From Camelus dromedarius (lineage: Eukaryota): a stretch of DNA of 64,000 bases. The position numbers and the translations under genes were made by a program. The notes below the pieces were generated by a model. It was not told where the DNA came from. It saw nothing but the letters and a program-made list of their open reading frames with translations, and did no database searches. This document shows positions 51,893-63,102 of this stretch, piece after piece. The stretch is from positions 10,294,001 to 10,358,000 of the forward strand of contig NC_087437.1 of the NCBI RefSeq assembly GCF_036321535.1. The letters run 5' to 3'. The stretch's first letter is position 1. Every line of letters starts with the position of its first letter.

Positions 51893-52505
51893 ACTCCAAC
51901 TCAAAAAGACACCTGCACCCCAATGTTCATAGCAGCACTATTTACAATAGCCAAGTCATGGAAGCAACCTAAATGTCCATTGACAGATGACTGGAGAAAG
52001 AAGAAGTGATATATGGAATGCAATTCAGCCATGAAAAAGAATGAAATAATGCCATTTTCAGCAACATGGATGGACCCAGAGATTATCATATTAAGTGAAG
52101 TCAAACAGAGAAAGACAAATATCATATGATATCACTTATATATGGAATCCAAAAAAAAAAAAAAAGACACAAATGAACTTATTTACAAAGCAGAAACACT
52201 CACAGCCATAGAGAACAAACTTATGTTTACCAAAGGGGAAAGGGGTGGGGAAGGATAAATCAGGAGTTTGGTATTAACAGATATACACTATTGTATATGA
52301 AATAGATAAACAACAAGGACCTACAGTCTAGCACAGGGAACTATACTCAGTATCTTGTAATAACCTATAATGGAAAAGAATCTGAAAAGAATATATACGT
52401 ACATATACACATAATTGAATCATTTTGCTGTACACCTGAAACTAACACAACATTGTAAATCAACTCTACTTCAATAAATAAATATATATGCATATATAAA
52501 TAAAA
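51893..52505 (+). mobile_element. L1 ORF2 end plus 3'UTR
   Basis: gacacctgcaccccaatgttcatagcagcactatttacaatagccaag...caactctacttcaataaa. Confidence 0.92.
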
Positions 52506-52885
52506 AATTCTAAGACCAATGTGAAATTGATTTAAAACTCGAACGTCAGTCCTCCAGTGGTACTGTTCATCATTCACAGAACTGTGGTGGCCAGAGTGAC
52601 ATACGGTGAGAGGCAATCAGTGTTAGCAGTGCTTCTTTGTATTCACTAGAAATCTTTGAAATGTTTTATTTCTCCTTCTTTTCTGGGGTTAAGACCTTGA
52701 TATTACTTCCAACTGAGAGCCTCTAGATAAGAAAAGTTAAATTTCCGTTGCTTCAACCCATTTCAAAATTGAGCATCAGAAGAGAGGGCAAAGAATTTTT
52801 TATCCCAAGGAAAATGACTTTCATGCAATGGAAGAGGGTCATAAATAGTAGCCCTCCGAAGACACCTTGGGAAGTGAGTGCAAGG

Positions 52886-52975
52886 CAGGGGTCAGAAAAC
52901 TGTGGCCCGCCTGCCAAATCCAGCCTCACCCAATCATTTACATATTGTTGGTGGCCCGATTTCGCCCTCCCAGGA
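52886..52975 (+). mobile_element. MER58-like hAT fragment
   Basis: caggggtcagaaaactgtggcccgcctgccaaatccagcc. Confidence 0.6.
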
Positions 52976-53099
52976 TGTCCTCCATTAACCCAAAGCAAGT
53001 TGTGTTAAGGCAGAAGTTCGTGATTATCGATACCACATCAGCACCACGAGCAGAACTATCAAAGCCCCCTCTGAGTCCTACTGAACGCTACTGCTATCA

Positions 53100-53440
53100 C
53101 CTCGTGCACCATTTCCGAGTTAGCTGAAGTCTCAGACTCAGTTATTACAATGGCTTCCTACTTGGACTCCCAGTTTACAGTCTGTTCTGCACAAGTCAGC
53201 CAGAATGACTCTTTTACAGCTGAAGCAAAAGCCTGTCATTCGTCAGGTGCAATCCTTCCAAAGGCTTCCCCTCTCGCTCCCAGTGAAGTCTCAGTCCTGC
53301 CAGACCCCTCATGATCTCCACCACCACCCCCCGCCCTACTCTCCTCTCTGACCCCATTCACTGCTCACCCCCCACCCCACACGCACACCAGCTTTCTTGC
53401 TGTTCCTCACACGCCCCACCCTGCTGCTGTTTCAGGGCTG
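53100..53440 (+). mobile_element. L2 fragment
   Basis: ttattacaatggcttccta...cagccagaatgactctttt...aatccttccaaaggcttcccc...gctttcttgctgttcctc. Confidence 0.7.
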
Positions 53441-53444
53441 CTAC

Positions 53445-53985
53445 CCCAGTTATCTGCTGATGCAGAACCATTCCACACTGAGGCAAAATCATCATTCTAT
53501 TCTACCTCATGATTCAGAGGGTCTGGAGATCAAACGGGGCAGCAGTGGGAAAGGCTCGTCTTCACTCCATAATGTCTGGAGCTTTGGCTGGAAAGAGTAG
53601 GAGGGATGGAGGTGATCAGACAATTGGGCACTGGAATTATCCAGAGGCTCACCACTCACATGTCTGGCTGGCATGACTCAAAGTCTGGACTTAGACAGGA
53701 CTATTGACCAGAACCCCTACACGTGCCTTCTCCCAGTGAGGCAGCTGGGTTATGAGAGAGAACAACCCAAGAGAGGCCACCTGGAGAGTAAATGCTCCAG
53801 GAGAACCAGGTGGAAGTGTGTGGTGCCCTTTGTGATCTGACCTCAGAAGCCACGTAGCACCGCGTCTGCCATAGTCTACTGATCAAAGGAATGATTGACT
53901 TATTCAGATTTTAAAGGAAAGAACACAGAGCTGAACTTGACTGAAGGAAGACCAAGGAATTTGGAGCCATATTTTAAAACCATCA
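53445..53985 (-). mobile_element. MLT1F/G-like solo LTR
   Basis: cactcacatgtctggc...gaaccaggtggaagtg...tgacctcagaagccacgtagcacc...gccatattttaaaaccatca. Confidence 0.75.
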
Positions 53986-54052
53986 CTCATGCTTCCCCAC
54001 ATCGGCCTTGCCATCACCATCACTCATGCTTCCCCACATCGGCCTTGCCATC
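53979..54052. repeat. Perfect 37-bp tandem duplication
   Basis: accatcactcatgcttccccacatcggccttgccatc at 53979-54015 and 54016-54052. Confidence 0.97.
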
Positions 54053-54754
54053 TCAAGGACAGCCGGGCCTCCTGGCAGCGGACACATAATTGTTGAGGCT
54101 GTGATGTCCAGCTGAGCCCAGCTGGTTTGTAAGCACATATGAGATACCTTCTGGGGACACCTAATTGTTGAGGGACATCTCACCTAAGGAACCTAAGATC
54201 CTATGTGCACAGGAAGTGCAAAAGCTGAGGAACCAGTTCATTCTTAATAATACAGTTTCACTTGTAAGCACAGGCTGGAGAAACCTGGACACAGGGTAGA
54301 AGAAATGTGGCTTATACTTAAGAATATTCCAATACAACAGGGCAACCAAAGAGGAAAGCCACAGGGACGGTAAAAGACAGGAACTAAAGCCCCACTTACC
54401 ACAATTCTACCCAATTCCGGATGGCTGCAGGTTGCAAACTAGATGAGATATTTTCTTCTGTTGAAATAAGGAAACAAGCTGTGCTTTTCAAGCCAACTCA
54501 TCAATGCAAACTTGAGTCTTCTGTAAAGAATTGCGAGCACGATGCTCTTCAGAATACCAGCCGCAAAAGCTCGTGGAAAGGCAAGTTTCATGTGTAGAAG
54601 TGGAGAGAGGATTTCACGTTTGGAGTTGGCTTTTTGGCCATACATACATCCCTCCCGTTTTTAAAAATAAAACAAACCACACAAAATTTATTTCCAAGCA
54701 CTGGAGCATTCTGAAAAAATCAGAGGGAATTTGAGCCAAAAGGGGGAAAAGGAA

Positions 54755-54875
54755 CCCTTCTCCATAAAGGATAAGTATCTGCCCCATAATTTATGGAGAG
54801 TGCAAATCATCTAAGCAGCAGTTTATGGCACTGACTGTCATTTCATCTAATTAAATGGCTGTAAAATCCTCAGAA
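54755..54875. promoter_or_regulatory. Candidate homeodomain (posterior HOX/CDX plus MEIS) enhancer core
   Basis: CCATAAA 54762-54768; CCATAATTTATGG 54784-54796; TTTATGG 54822-54828; CTGTCA 54835-54840; CTAATTAA 54847-54854; lies in repeat-free DNA. Confidence 0.45.
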
Positions 54876-55524
54876 CGCCACGTCTCCTGCCAGCTGACCC
54901 TCTTCCCACAACCTTCCCTTCTATTTCACAGAGTTCAGGGGAACATGATACTTGAGAAAGACACTGCATTTTAACCTGGAGGAAAACAGATTTTACATGA
55001 AGAGAGGGTTAGATGGTAAGGGATTTTCCCTTGCTTAGTTTGTGCCATTGAAACCTCTTTGATTACTGCGCTTGAGAAACTTATGCTGCCTTGCTTAAAA
55101 AAATAAATCAGAGTACACTCAGCCTCATTGCTTTTTCATTGTCATGCAGCTAAATTCTGCATGCAGTGTGTGTCACTGTTTATGCTGGCCTTTTTTTTTT
55201 TTTTTTTTTTTTTAATTCCACAGTTCAGCATTTCCTATGCTTGTTTTTGTTACTAAAATCTTGACTCTTAAGCAATATTGAATATCCTGAGTTTTCTTTG
55301 GGCGCTAGAGTTGTGACCCCATGATTAGGCTAATTACGTCTTAGAGGAAATGTAAGTGAAATCTCAACGGGAAGTTTCGTGCTGGCTTCTCTCACCTACT
55401 CACAGAGCCCAAGGATGATGGGTCCATTCAGTGTCGACCTTCAAGGAACCTGCACAGTCTCCCTTCTTTTCCCCCATCACCCCCTCCTCAGGCATTTTCA
55501 CGGCTATTTATGGACTTTCAAAAT

Positions 55525-55825
55525 ATTTTTATTGAGTTGTATTAAATATAAAAGGGGATTCATTTTCACATATGTAACACAGAATATTTTCATGTTCCCT
55601 CCTAGACAATACCTTCCTCTCAAAGGTAACCACTGACTTTAATTACTGTACATTAGTTTTGCCTGTTTATGATCTCCAGGTAAATGGAGCCATATAGTAT
55701 ATGGTTCGTACATGATTGCTTCCTTCAGCCACCATTATGATCACAAGATTCATCCTGTAGCAGTGTTTCTCTCTTCCTTATATTCCATGGTATGAACATT
55801 CAACCGTTTATTTGGAGACATTCTA
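55525..55825 (-). mobile_element. Ancient L1 (L1ME/MC-like) 3'UTR fragment
   Basis: aggtaaccactgactttt...attagttttgcctgttt...aaatggagccatatagtat...caagattcatcc. Confidence 0.7.
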
Positions 55826-56104
55826 CTGCTACAGCCCCACTGCACTGCTGGTGGTGCTTTCAGTCTTTTTTTCTCTACTTGTTATCCTCCCCAGATGCCA
55901 GCTCTATTGCCAAAGGAGATCAGATCCTTCTAGAAGTTATGAGCCATTCCATGCTCCACGACGTGAGGACGAAAAGAATATACATTCAAGCCTTTAAAGT
56001 CCTATCCTGGAAGAGATTTGGGGTCCTTTAGTGTCTTCTAAGTGAAACAACCAAAAAATTTAAAACAATAAGCATGTCCTTGCTAATGTTGACTCCTTTC
56101 AAAG

Positions 56105-56800
56105 TTTAATTTATACGTTCAACTAATGGGGTTCTTTTTAGCACCTGCTGTATGCCAGTTATTTTTTAAGTCCTTGGAATGAAGCACCAAACAAGACAAG
56201 AGAGACAAAGATTCTGTTCTTCCGAAGCTAACCTTCAAAGGAAATATCAGATGGTGAAATAAGCTAGGGAGAAAATTAAAATAGGACATTGCAATAAAAT
56301 GGCCAGAAAAAACGTCTCTGGGGAGGCCACAGAATGACAAGAAACAGTCAGCTGCAAGAGGACTGGGGGAAGCCATCAGGAAGAAGCATATTCTAGGCTG
56401 TCAGGGCAACTAGATCAATGCTCTTAGGAATGAAATTGGCCTTCTTAAGAATAGAAGGAAGGCTCATGAGGCTCCGTGTAGTGGGCAACATAAAACAACA
56501 GAAGATAAAATCAGGGAGGTGAGCAGGGATTGGATTGTACATGACTTCAGGGTAACGAGCATAGATTTTATTCTGAGGGCGATGGGAAGCCATTAGAGGG
56601 CTTTAAGCAGAAGAGTGACATTGCTCTGGAAATTGAGTGGAAAATGGTTTAAAAGGGATCAGGAGTGGAAGCAGAATACCAATAAAGAGGCCACTTCCCT
56701 CGGTGATAGATGATGGTGTCTTGAACTAAGATGGCAGCCAAGGAGGCAAAGAAGTGGACAGAATTCAATATGTTTTGGAGAGAGTCAATAGAATGCGCTG
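56105..56800 (-). mobile_element. L2 3' portion
   Basis: gattttattctgagggcgatgggaagccattagagggctttaagcagaagagtgaca...gatgatggtgtcttgaactaag. Confidence 0.8.
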
Positions 56801-56919
56801 TGGGAAAGATGCTAAGCAAGTTTGTGTCTTCTTACTAGGTCTTACCCAGGACTCCCTCTGTGTGCCAGGATGGTGGATGGGAAAGATAATCCTGTCTCAC
56901 AGGAATTGCTTCCACTGGC

Positions 56920-57415
56920 CCATGGCTTGCAGAAAGTACTCTCACATATGCATTCTTATTTGGTTCTTACAACAATCCTATATGGGAAGGGAGCAGACTT
57001 ACTAAGTTCAGTTTTACAAATAGAAAGCTCGGGAATTAAAGATCGTAACGTACTATTCCAAGGATACACAGTTAGTATGCTCCTAACCCAGGACTGGTTC
57101 CCATCCTCCTGCTGTCTGGCCCTCCGTACTGTCCTCCTGAGATATCTGCTCTAGGGAGCGTAATAAATCCTTACTTTTACTGAGTGCTTTCTCTCTGCCG
57201 GACAAGGTGGTAATTCATGCCATGTCTCAGCTCTTTTAATCCTCCAGTGCAAGTGCCATTATGTCATCCTTATTTTGCAAACCTGTAAACCTAGCGCTCA
57301 GAGACTTTAAGTCAGCTTACAAAGCTGTCACGGCTGCTGAGTGCTGGAACTCGAACTTCAGCCGAGGCAAACTCCCTCCAAAGCCCACGTCCCCAGTCAT
57401 CATACTGCACTACTC
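56920..57415 (-). mobile_element. Two adjacent MIR SINEs (~56920-57140 and ~57160-57415)
   Basis: tcttacaacaatcctatatgg...ccaaggatacacagttagt; ttttactgagtgcttt...ttaatcctc...gctggaactcgaac. Confidence 0.65.
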
Positions 57416-58021
57416 TGGACAGAAGAAGTAGCATCTGTTGAAAAGCCCATTTGCCACCTCTGATGCTAAATATCTTAAAATAATTTCAGAAACCAGTATT
57501 CTCAGAAATCTTTAACAACATCATCCTGACACATAAATATACACACATTCTGGACATTTTCTCCTTGCCCATGCTGTTCATTAAAGGATCTATTTCTCAG
57601 CGTCTCTCCCAAGCCTCTGAGAAGTGTTCACAACATGCAATCTGGTGATTTGTCCTCTTACCATCTGATCCCTAGGAACACCTATCTATAGCCACCAGTG
57701 TAATTAAAGATGTGGCAAAACCTCCGGTCTGGCGGCAGGACTGACTTTATCATTTGCTCAGAAAATATGAAGTATCCACTACAGAGCCAGCTCTGCACGA
57801 GTGAAAACATTCCTTGAATACAGATACGTTAACAACAGACACACCAACTCATCCAGATTAAAGCATCTATCTGTGAGATCTCCTCCAAGATGTCTCCTAT
57901 TATTAACCAAATACTACCTTACTTTAAAATATATATATATATAATATATATATATAATGACACTCTGGTTAAAGTTTTCTTTTGGTTTCATAAACCCTGT
58001 ATCTGCTATTTAAACACATTC

Positions 58022-58357
58022 CATTAAATTGTTATTATTTAATATATTGTTGATATATTAAATAATTAATATATTGTTAATATATTAAATAATAATATAT
58101 TATTAATACATTAAATAATTAATATATTATTCAACATATTATATATTTAATAATTAAGATATTGTTTATTATTTAATATAGTATAAAATTTAATTATATA
58201 TTAAATTATTTAATATAATATATATTAATGTAATATGTTATATATTTATAATATTATATTATAATAGTACAATATATTATTTATATATTTATAATAATAT
58301 AATATTATAATAATATAATATGATGTAATAATTATTTAAATTATTCTATTAAATTTA
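58022..58357. repeat. AT-rich low-complexity tract with ~27-bp palindromic units
   Basis: Units of the form aatatattgttgatatattaaataatt start at 58041, 58068, 58094 and 58121. Confidence 0.9.
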
Positions 58358-58729
58358 GAGTTAGAGGAGACATTTGGGACTACATAATGTAATGGCCTCA
58401 GGGTATAGACAAGGAAGATTAGTTCCACGGAGTCACTGTGTTCCAGGGCCCCCCAGTGAACTGATGGCAAAGCCAGGACTGCGTGGCCCTGGCCTCTGAC
58501 TTCCAGCACAGAGACAATGTTTCACCATCTCTCTTTATTTTTACTAGCATAATAACATTCTTCCTCCCTGATAAAAAAAAAGTCTAGAAACTTAGTATAC
58601 AGTTATCTATATGGCCCTGTATATAATCATATAGTGACCTATATAAACAGATTTTCATGTACTTTAGAGTTGGGTAAACTCTTCCAGATCCAGTTCAGAT
58701 GGAACTGTGGTCAACTCCATCAGACAGAA

Positions 58730-58905
58730 TAAGTCACACTGGCCCAGAGAGTTCTCATGCTGTGTTCTAACGTATCCATTTAAACACGTGTCTCCTCTAC
58801 AGGACTGTGAGTTCATCTAAACAAAGATGGTGCCTCAGTCCACCTCTGAACCCCGGTCCCTTGCATAAAGTATGCACTCAGCAGAAGTTTGTGTGACTGA
58901 ATGTG
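58730..58905 (+). mobile_element. L2 3' end
   Basis: tctcctctacaggactgtgagttc...tatgcactcagcagaagtttgtgtgactgaatg. Confidence 0.6.
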
Positions 58906-59074
58906 TTGTGGAATCAATCACTTCTTAGAGATCACCTTGCTCACTCCCTGAACTCCAAGAGATAGAACAACTGGCTTACTGGTGTAATACAAAAATACCT
59001 TGGTATAAATGAGTCAGAAATAAAGCAAAGCAGACAACTGAAGAGATTATTCCGGGCAGAAAAGGGGAGGAGAT

Positions 59075-59844
59075 TGTATCAGTCTGGATCCAATTAGAAA
59101 ATCAAGAGATAGTAACCAAACAGAAGTTTAAGATAAAGAATGATTAAACTCTGATAGGACAATAACCACAAAGATGTAAAGAGAATTCTAAAGGAGACCT
59201 TGGACCAAGGAATATAATACCCAAGGAAGGACAAGCTTGGAGGGAAAGTCCCCTCTCAGAGGCTGAGATCCAGCCTCAGGGAAGAAGACACACTTGCAGC
59301 CCACGGGTGGGAAGACGGTCACTGCATTGCCTGGACCGGGGCTGGAGCAGAGCTGCTGAGTAAGTAGGGCACAGGCAAGCCGTGACTGGAGAGTGGGCAT
59401 GCAGAGGGAGGCTGGCACCACTGCAGGTGCAAGGTCTGGAGCGTGTGGTGTCCACGCCAGGTCAAGGGCACAAGCCAGGTTGGTGAGAGGACCAGAGACA
59501 GCGTCGGGGATGTCTGTGTCAGGAGGACCAGAGCAAGGTGGTGCCTGGGCCCAGGCTGGGGCTGCAGTTTGCTAAGGGACAGCCCTCTCATGGTCACAGC
59601 CGGGCAGAGCAGCACCACCAGACGTCCCTCTATACACTGACTGACCGCAGCAGGAGGAAGCAAATGCAGCCGTGGAACAAGGAAGAGCACCGCCCCCCTG
59701 CAGTGTCCCTCCAGCTCCTTCTACCCACCAAGCTCGACATCACCCCCTGAAAAGGAGAAATGAGAAAAAGCCCAGCCCATCATCACTGAGCAAATACTGA
59801 AGGACAAATCTGGCGCCCAGAGACTAGAAACTGGTACCAGCACA
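59075..59844 (-). mobile_element. ERVL-class solo LTR (LTR41/LTR52-like)
   Basis: tgtatcagtctggatccaattag...aagtttaagataaagaat...cagtgtccctccagc...ccagcaca; TG...CA ends; flanks gagat / gggac. Confidence 0.7.
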
Positions 59845-59904
59845 GGGACCCATCACTCAGTAAATAAATGATGTTTGTACCTAAATTACAGTGGCCTCCA
59901 GCTG

Positions 59905-60070
59905 CTGGTTTCCTCATCTGCAGAAAGAGGAGGGTAATATTACCTACCTCGTAAGTCATGTCAAATAAAGCAAGAGATGTGGGTACTTAGGGCAATGACA
60001 AAGTGTGTGCTGATCACCATCAGCGCCTGGCACGTAGTAAGAACCAGATAAGTGTTTGCCGTCATCACTT
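59905..60070 (+). mobile_element. MIR SINE
   Basis: gtttcctcatctgcagaaa...cctacctcgtaag...cagcgcctggcacgtagtaag. Confidence 0.8.
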
Positions 60071-60997
60071 TCATCACTTGGAAAAGAAGAAGTAGAATAA
60101 GGACCCAAGCTCCATCCCCAGCCCTGCTGTTCAATGACCGTGGACCGCAGAGCCATCCCACCCCACAGGGCTTTGGTTCCTGCCGCTATAATTTGTTTGT
60201 TGAAACTGTTTATTTTCAGTCGATCTTATTTCCACTTTCTTGTTAAGAGTCTGTAAAGAACAGCTTAAATTCGCTCAGTGGTTCTTCCTACCTGGGCCAT
60301 GGGGGCTGTGGACCCATCCTCAGCAGGGAACCCTGGATGGCGCAGAGGTACCTGCGCTTTCAGACTCGTCTGCAACTCCAGGTGGAGTAGCAGTAAATTC
60401 AGGAGCTGGAGCCCGCTGTTCACACTGAAATTCCTCCTGGGTCACAGCCTTTCAGCAGTGGCCTGCTGTGCCTTCCCCATCTCTTCAGCATCTCTGTCCA
60501 GGCAGAGATCACATGCAGAACCTCCCAGGCCAGCACCCTTGTCGTGGTCCGCATGGTGGCATCCCCACCACAGGGAGGAGAGGCTGTGTGACGCAGAGCC
60601 ATGGACAGATGAGAGGCTGGGGTGGGCCCCACAATCAGGAACCCCCAGGGGTTTGAGCTCCTAGGAGGCTGCTTGGGTCTGGTAGTGAGGTTCCAGGAGC
60701 GAAGCCGCCAGCAATAGGAGCCATCCCGCTGGTAGCAGGAAACTTGAGCACAGCTGGCTGGCAAGCCTTCCTGGAGGAGAGGTCCCTGAGGTCAGCTCCG
60801 TCATAAGAGCAACCACGGTGTGAGCCAATAGCAGAAGATTCTCCCAGGTTCTCTTCAGATTTATGCTGAGTCCATCACCTTCCCTTTTGTAGATGTTCTG
60901 TCCTGTTTGGAAGTCAAGGTGGGGGCCTCTACATGGGTCCCTGCTGCAAGGAATTTGAGGACATCCCCCTCCTTCATTTGCTCTGGATGTTGTGAAC

Positions 60998-61400
60998 GTC
61001 CCTTTCAGCTATGACGGGAACCCAGAACAACACAGAGTGAGTGGCTTGGACAACAGATTTGATTTCTCGTGGCTCTGGAAGCTGGGACACGCAAGACCAA
61101 GGTGCCAGCAAGGTAGGTTTCACCCTGAAGCCCCTTTTCTTAGATTGGAGGCAGCTGCCGTCTGGCTGTGTGCTCACGTGACCTCTTCTTCATTCTCATG
61201 CTGGGAGAGAGAGCAAGCTCTCTGTGACTCTTCTTACAAGGGCACTAATCCCATCATGAGGGCCCCCCCCATGACCTCATCTAACACTGATTACCTCAAG
61301 TCCCCATGTTCAAATACCATCACATTTCAGGGTAAGGGCTTCAACTGATGGATAGGGCAGGTAGGAGGGCAGGGATGACACAAACATTCAGTCCAAAACA
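60998..61400 (-). mobile_element. MLT1A-like solo LTR
   Basis: gagtggcttggacaacaga...cttacaagggcactaatcccatcatgaggg...acacaaacattcagtccaaaaca. Confidence 0.88.
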
Positions 61401-61593
61401 GTCAGATATTTTGAAAGCACTGGGTTAGATGTTTATATGAAGCTCCTTCCAAAATTCCTAGGTTATCTGGGATATGAGAGCACATTCCAACTATTCTCAG
61501 GCATTAATTCGTTAGGAAGATCTGGTTTAACTAGTGGACAGTATGGCCCCAAGCAAACAGGGCACCAAGAAAGTAGATTTTAAAGACACTTTT

Positions 61594-61937
61594 ATACCAT
61601 ATGAGATTGCTCATATGTGGAATCTAAAAAAAAAAAAAAAACAGCATAAATACAAAACAGAAATAGACTCATAGACATAGAATACAAACTTGCGGTTGCC
61701 AAGGGGGCAGGGGGTGGGAAGAGATAGACTGGGATTTCAAAATTTTAGAATAGATAAACAAGATTATACTGTATAGCACAGGGAAATATATACAAGATCT
61801 TCTGGTAGCTCACAGTGAAAAAAATGTGACAATGAATATATATATGTTCATGTATAACTGAAAAATTGTGCTCTACACTGGAATTTGACACAACATTGTA
61901 AAATGATTATAACTCAATAAAAAATGTTAAAAAAAAT
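61594..61937 (+). mobile_element. Young lineage-specific L1 3'UTR
   Basis: Near-identical reverse complement of 24611-24930; ends ataactcaataaaaaatgttaaaaaaa. Confidence 0.93.
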
Positions 61938-61955
61938 AAATAAAGGGAATGTGGG

Positions 61956-62053
61956 GAGGAGGGGATAGCCCAGTGGTAGAGCACATGCTTAGTATGCACG
62001 AGGTCCTGGGTTCAATCCCCAGTACCTCCATTAAAGTTTAAAAAATCTTAATA
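61956..62053 (+). mobile_element. tRNA-derived SINE (short vic-1-like form) with TSD
   Basis: gatagcccagtggtagagcacatgcttagtatgcacgaggtcctgggttcaatccccagtacctcc; TSD aaataaagggaatgtggg (61938-61955) / aaataaaagaaatgtggg (62054-62071). Confidence 0.92.
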
Positions 62054-62116
62054 AAATAAAAGAAATGTGGGATTCCGTCTAGGAAGGGTGAGGTGAGATG
62101 TAATAGAGTGGTAGAG

Positions 62117-62232
62117 CAGTGCTTCTCAACTTTAATGTGCATGTGTGTCACCTGGAGTTCTTCTTATAATGCAGCTTCTGATTCAACAGGTCTGGGTGGG
62201 GGCTGAGAGTCTGCATTTTTAATGAGCTTGGT
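62117..62232. mobile_element. MER5A-like fragment
   Basis: cagtgcttctcaactttaatgtgcat...tctgattcaacaggtctgggtgggggctgagagtctgcattttt. Confidence 0.8.
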
Positions 62233-62504
62233 GGAGGGATGGGAGCAAGCAGCCCAGATATTCAGGGACTTCGGTGCCCATAGCGTTTGATGCCAAAGAC
62301 AAGCTTTTCAACTTAGTTTTTGCTTGGAGTCAACGACACCATTGCAGAAACCTGAGTTCCAAAATACTGTCTAGTAGAAAAGGGCCTCAGAAATGCCAGT
62401 CTCTGAACTCTGTTGCTCCCAACATTTTTAAATAACTTCAAAAACACAGAAGTTGAATTAGCTTAACACGTCAGAAAGTGTCTTATGTGATCATCAGGTT
62501 ATAC

Positions 62505-63102
62505 CAGGGATTCCCCCAAATTTCTCACTTTCCAGGGATCCTTAAGTGACTTCATAATTTTTTCATGGCATCCCTAACCTGGAAGAAAGAATCAACTGCT
62601 TTATTTACTCGTGAGGTCCATAAAACTTGGTAAGGTTCTTGTTTTGGTTTTGATTTTTGTTTTTTTTTTTGTTTTGTTTTGCTTGTCCTACCAGCTTAGT
62701 AGGCATTTGAAAAACTAATACACATAAACTAAAAGAAAATATGGGGTTTTTTTTCATACTTAAATAACCACAAGCACTTACTAAACAGGATATGTGCCTC
62801 CTGGGCCCTGCACAGATTCTCAAGCTTTGGAATCAGATTGGACACCATCATCCTTACCCCTCATCCCCTTTGAGTCTCATGCAGTGGTTGCTGCGAAACA
62901 GCAACTGTCAAAATGCAACTTTGTCAAAAATTGACATCATGGAGAGAAACATAGTAAATCATACTGAAGAAACTGTGAACTTTCTTGGGGACAGTAGTTT
63001 ATGCGATTTTCAACAAATACTGCGTATCGAGGTACTTCCCAAAAAAACCTGGAAAGTTTTGGAGCCACCCTCAGGTAACTTGGTCCAGTCTGGGAACTGC
63101 TG
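62505..63102. mobile_element. MER119-like hAT-Charlie element, full length
   Basis: TIR-like ends cagggattcccccaaa / tctgggaactgctg; internal ttggaatcagattggacacc; 8-bp TSD ggttatac (62497-62504) / gcttatac (63103-63110). Confidence 0.8.

Noticed and set aside
59188..60764. Cluster of overlapping ORFs
   Set aside because: Explained by the higher GC of an ERVL-type LTR and adjacent DNA; no coherent product or exon structure.
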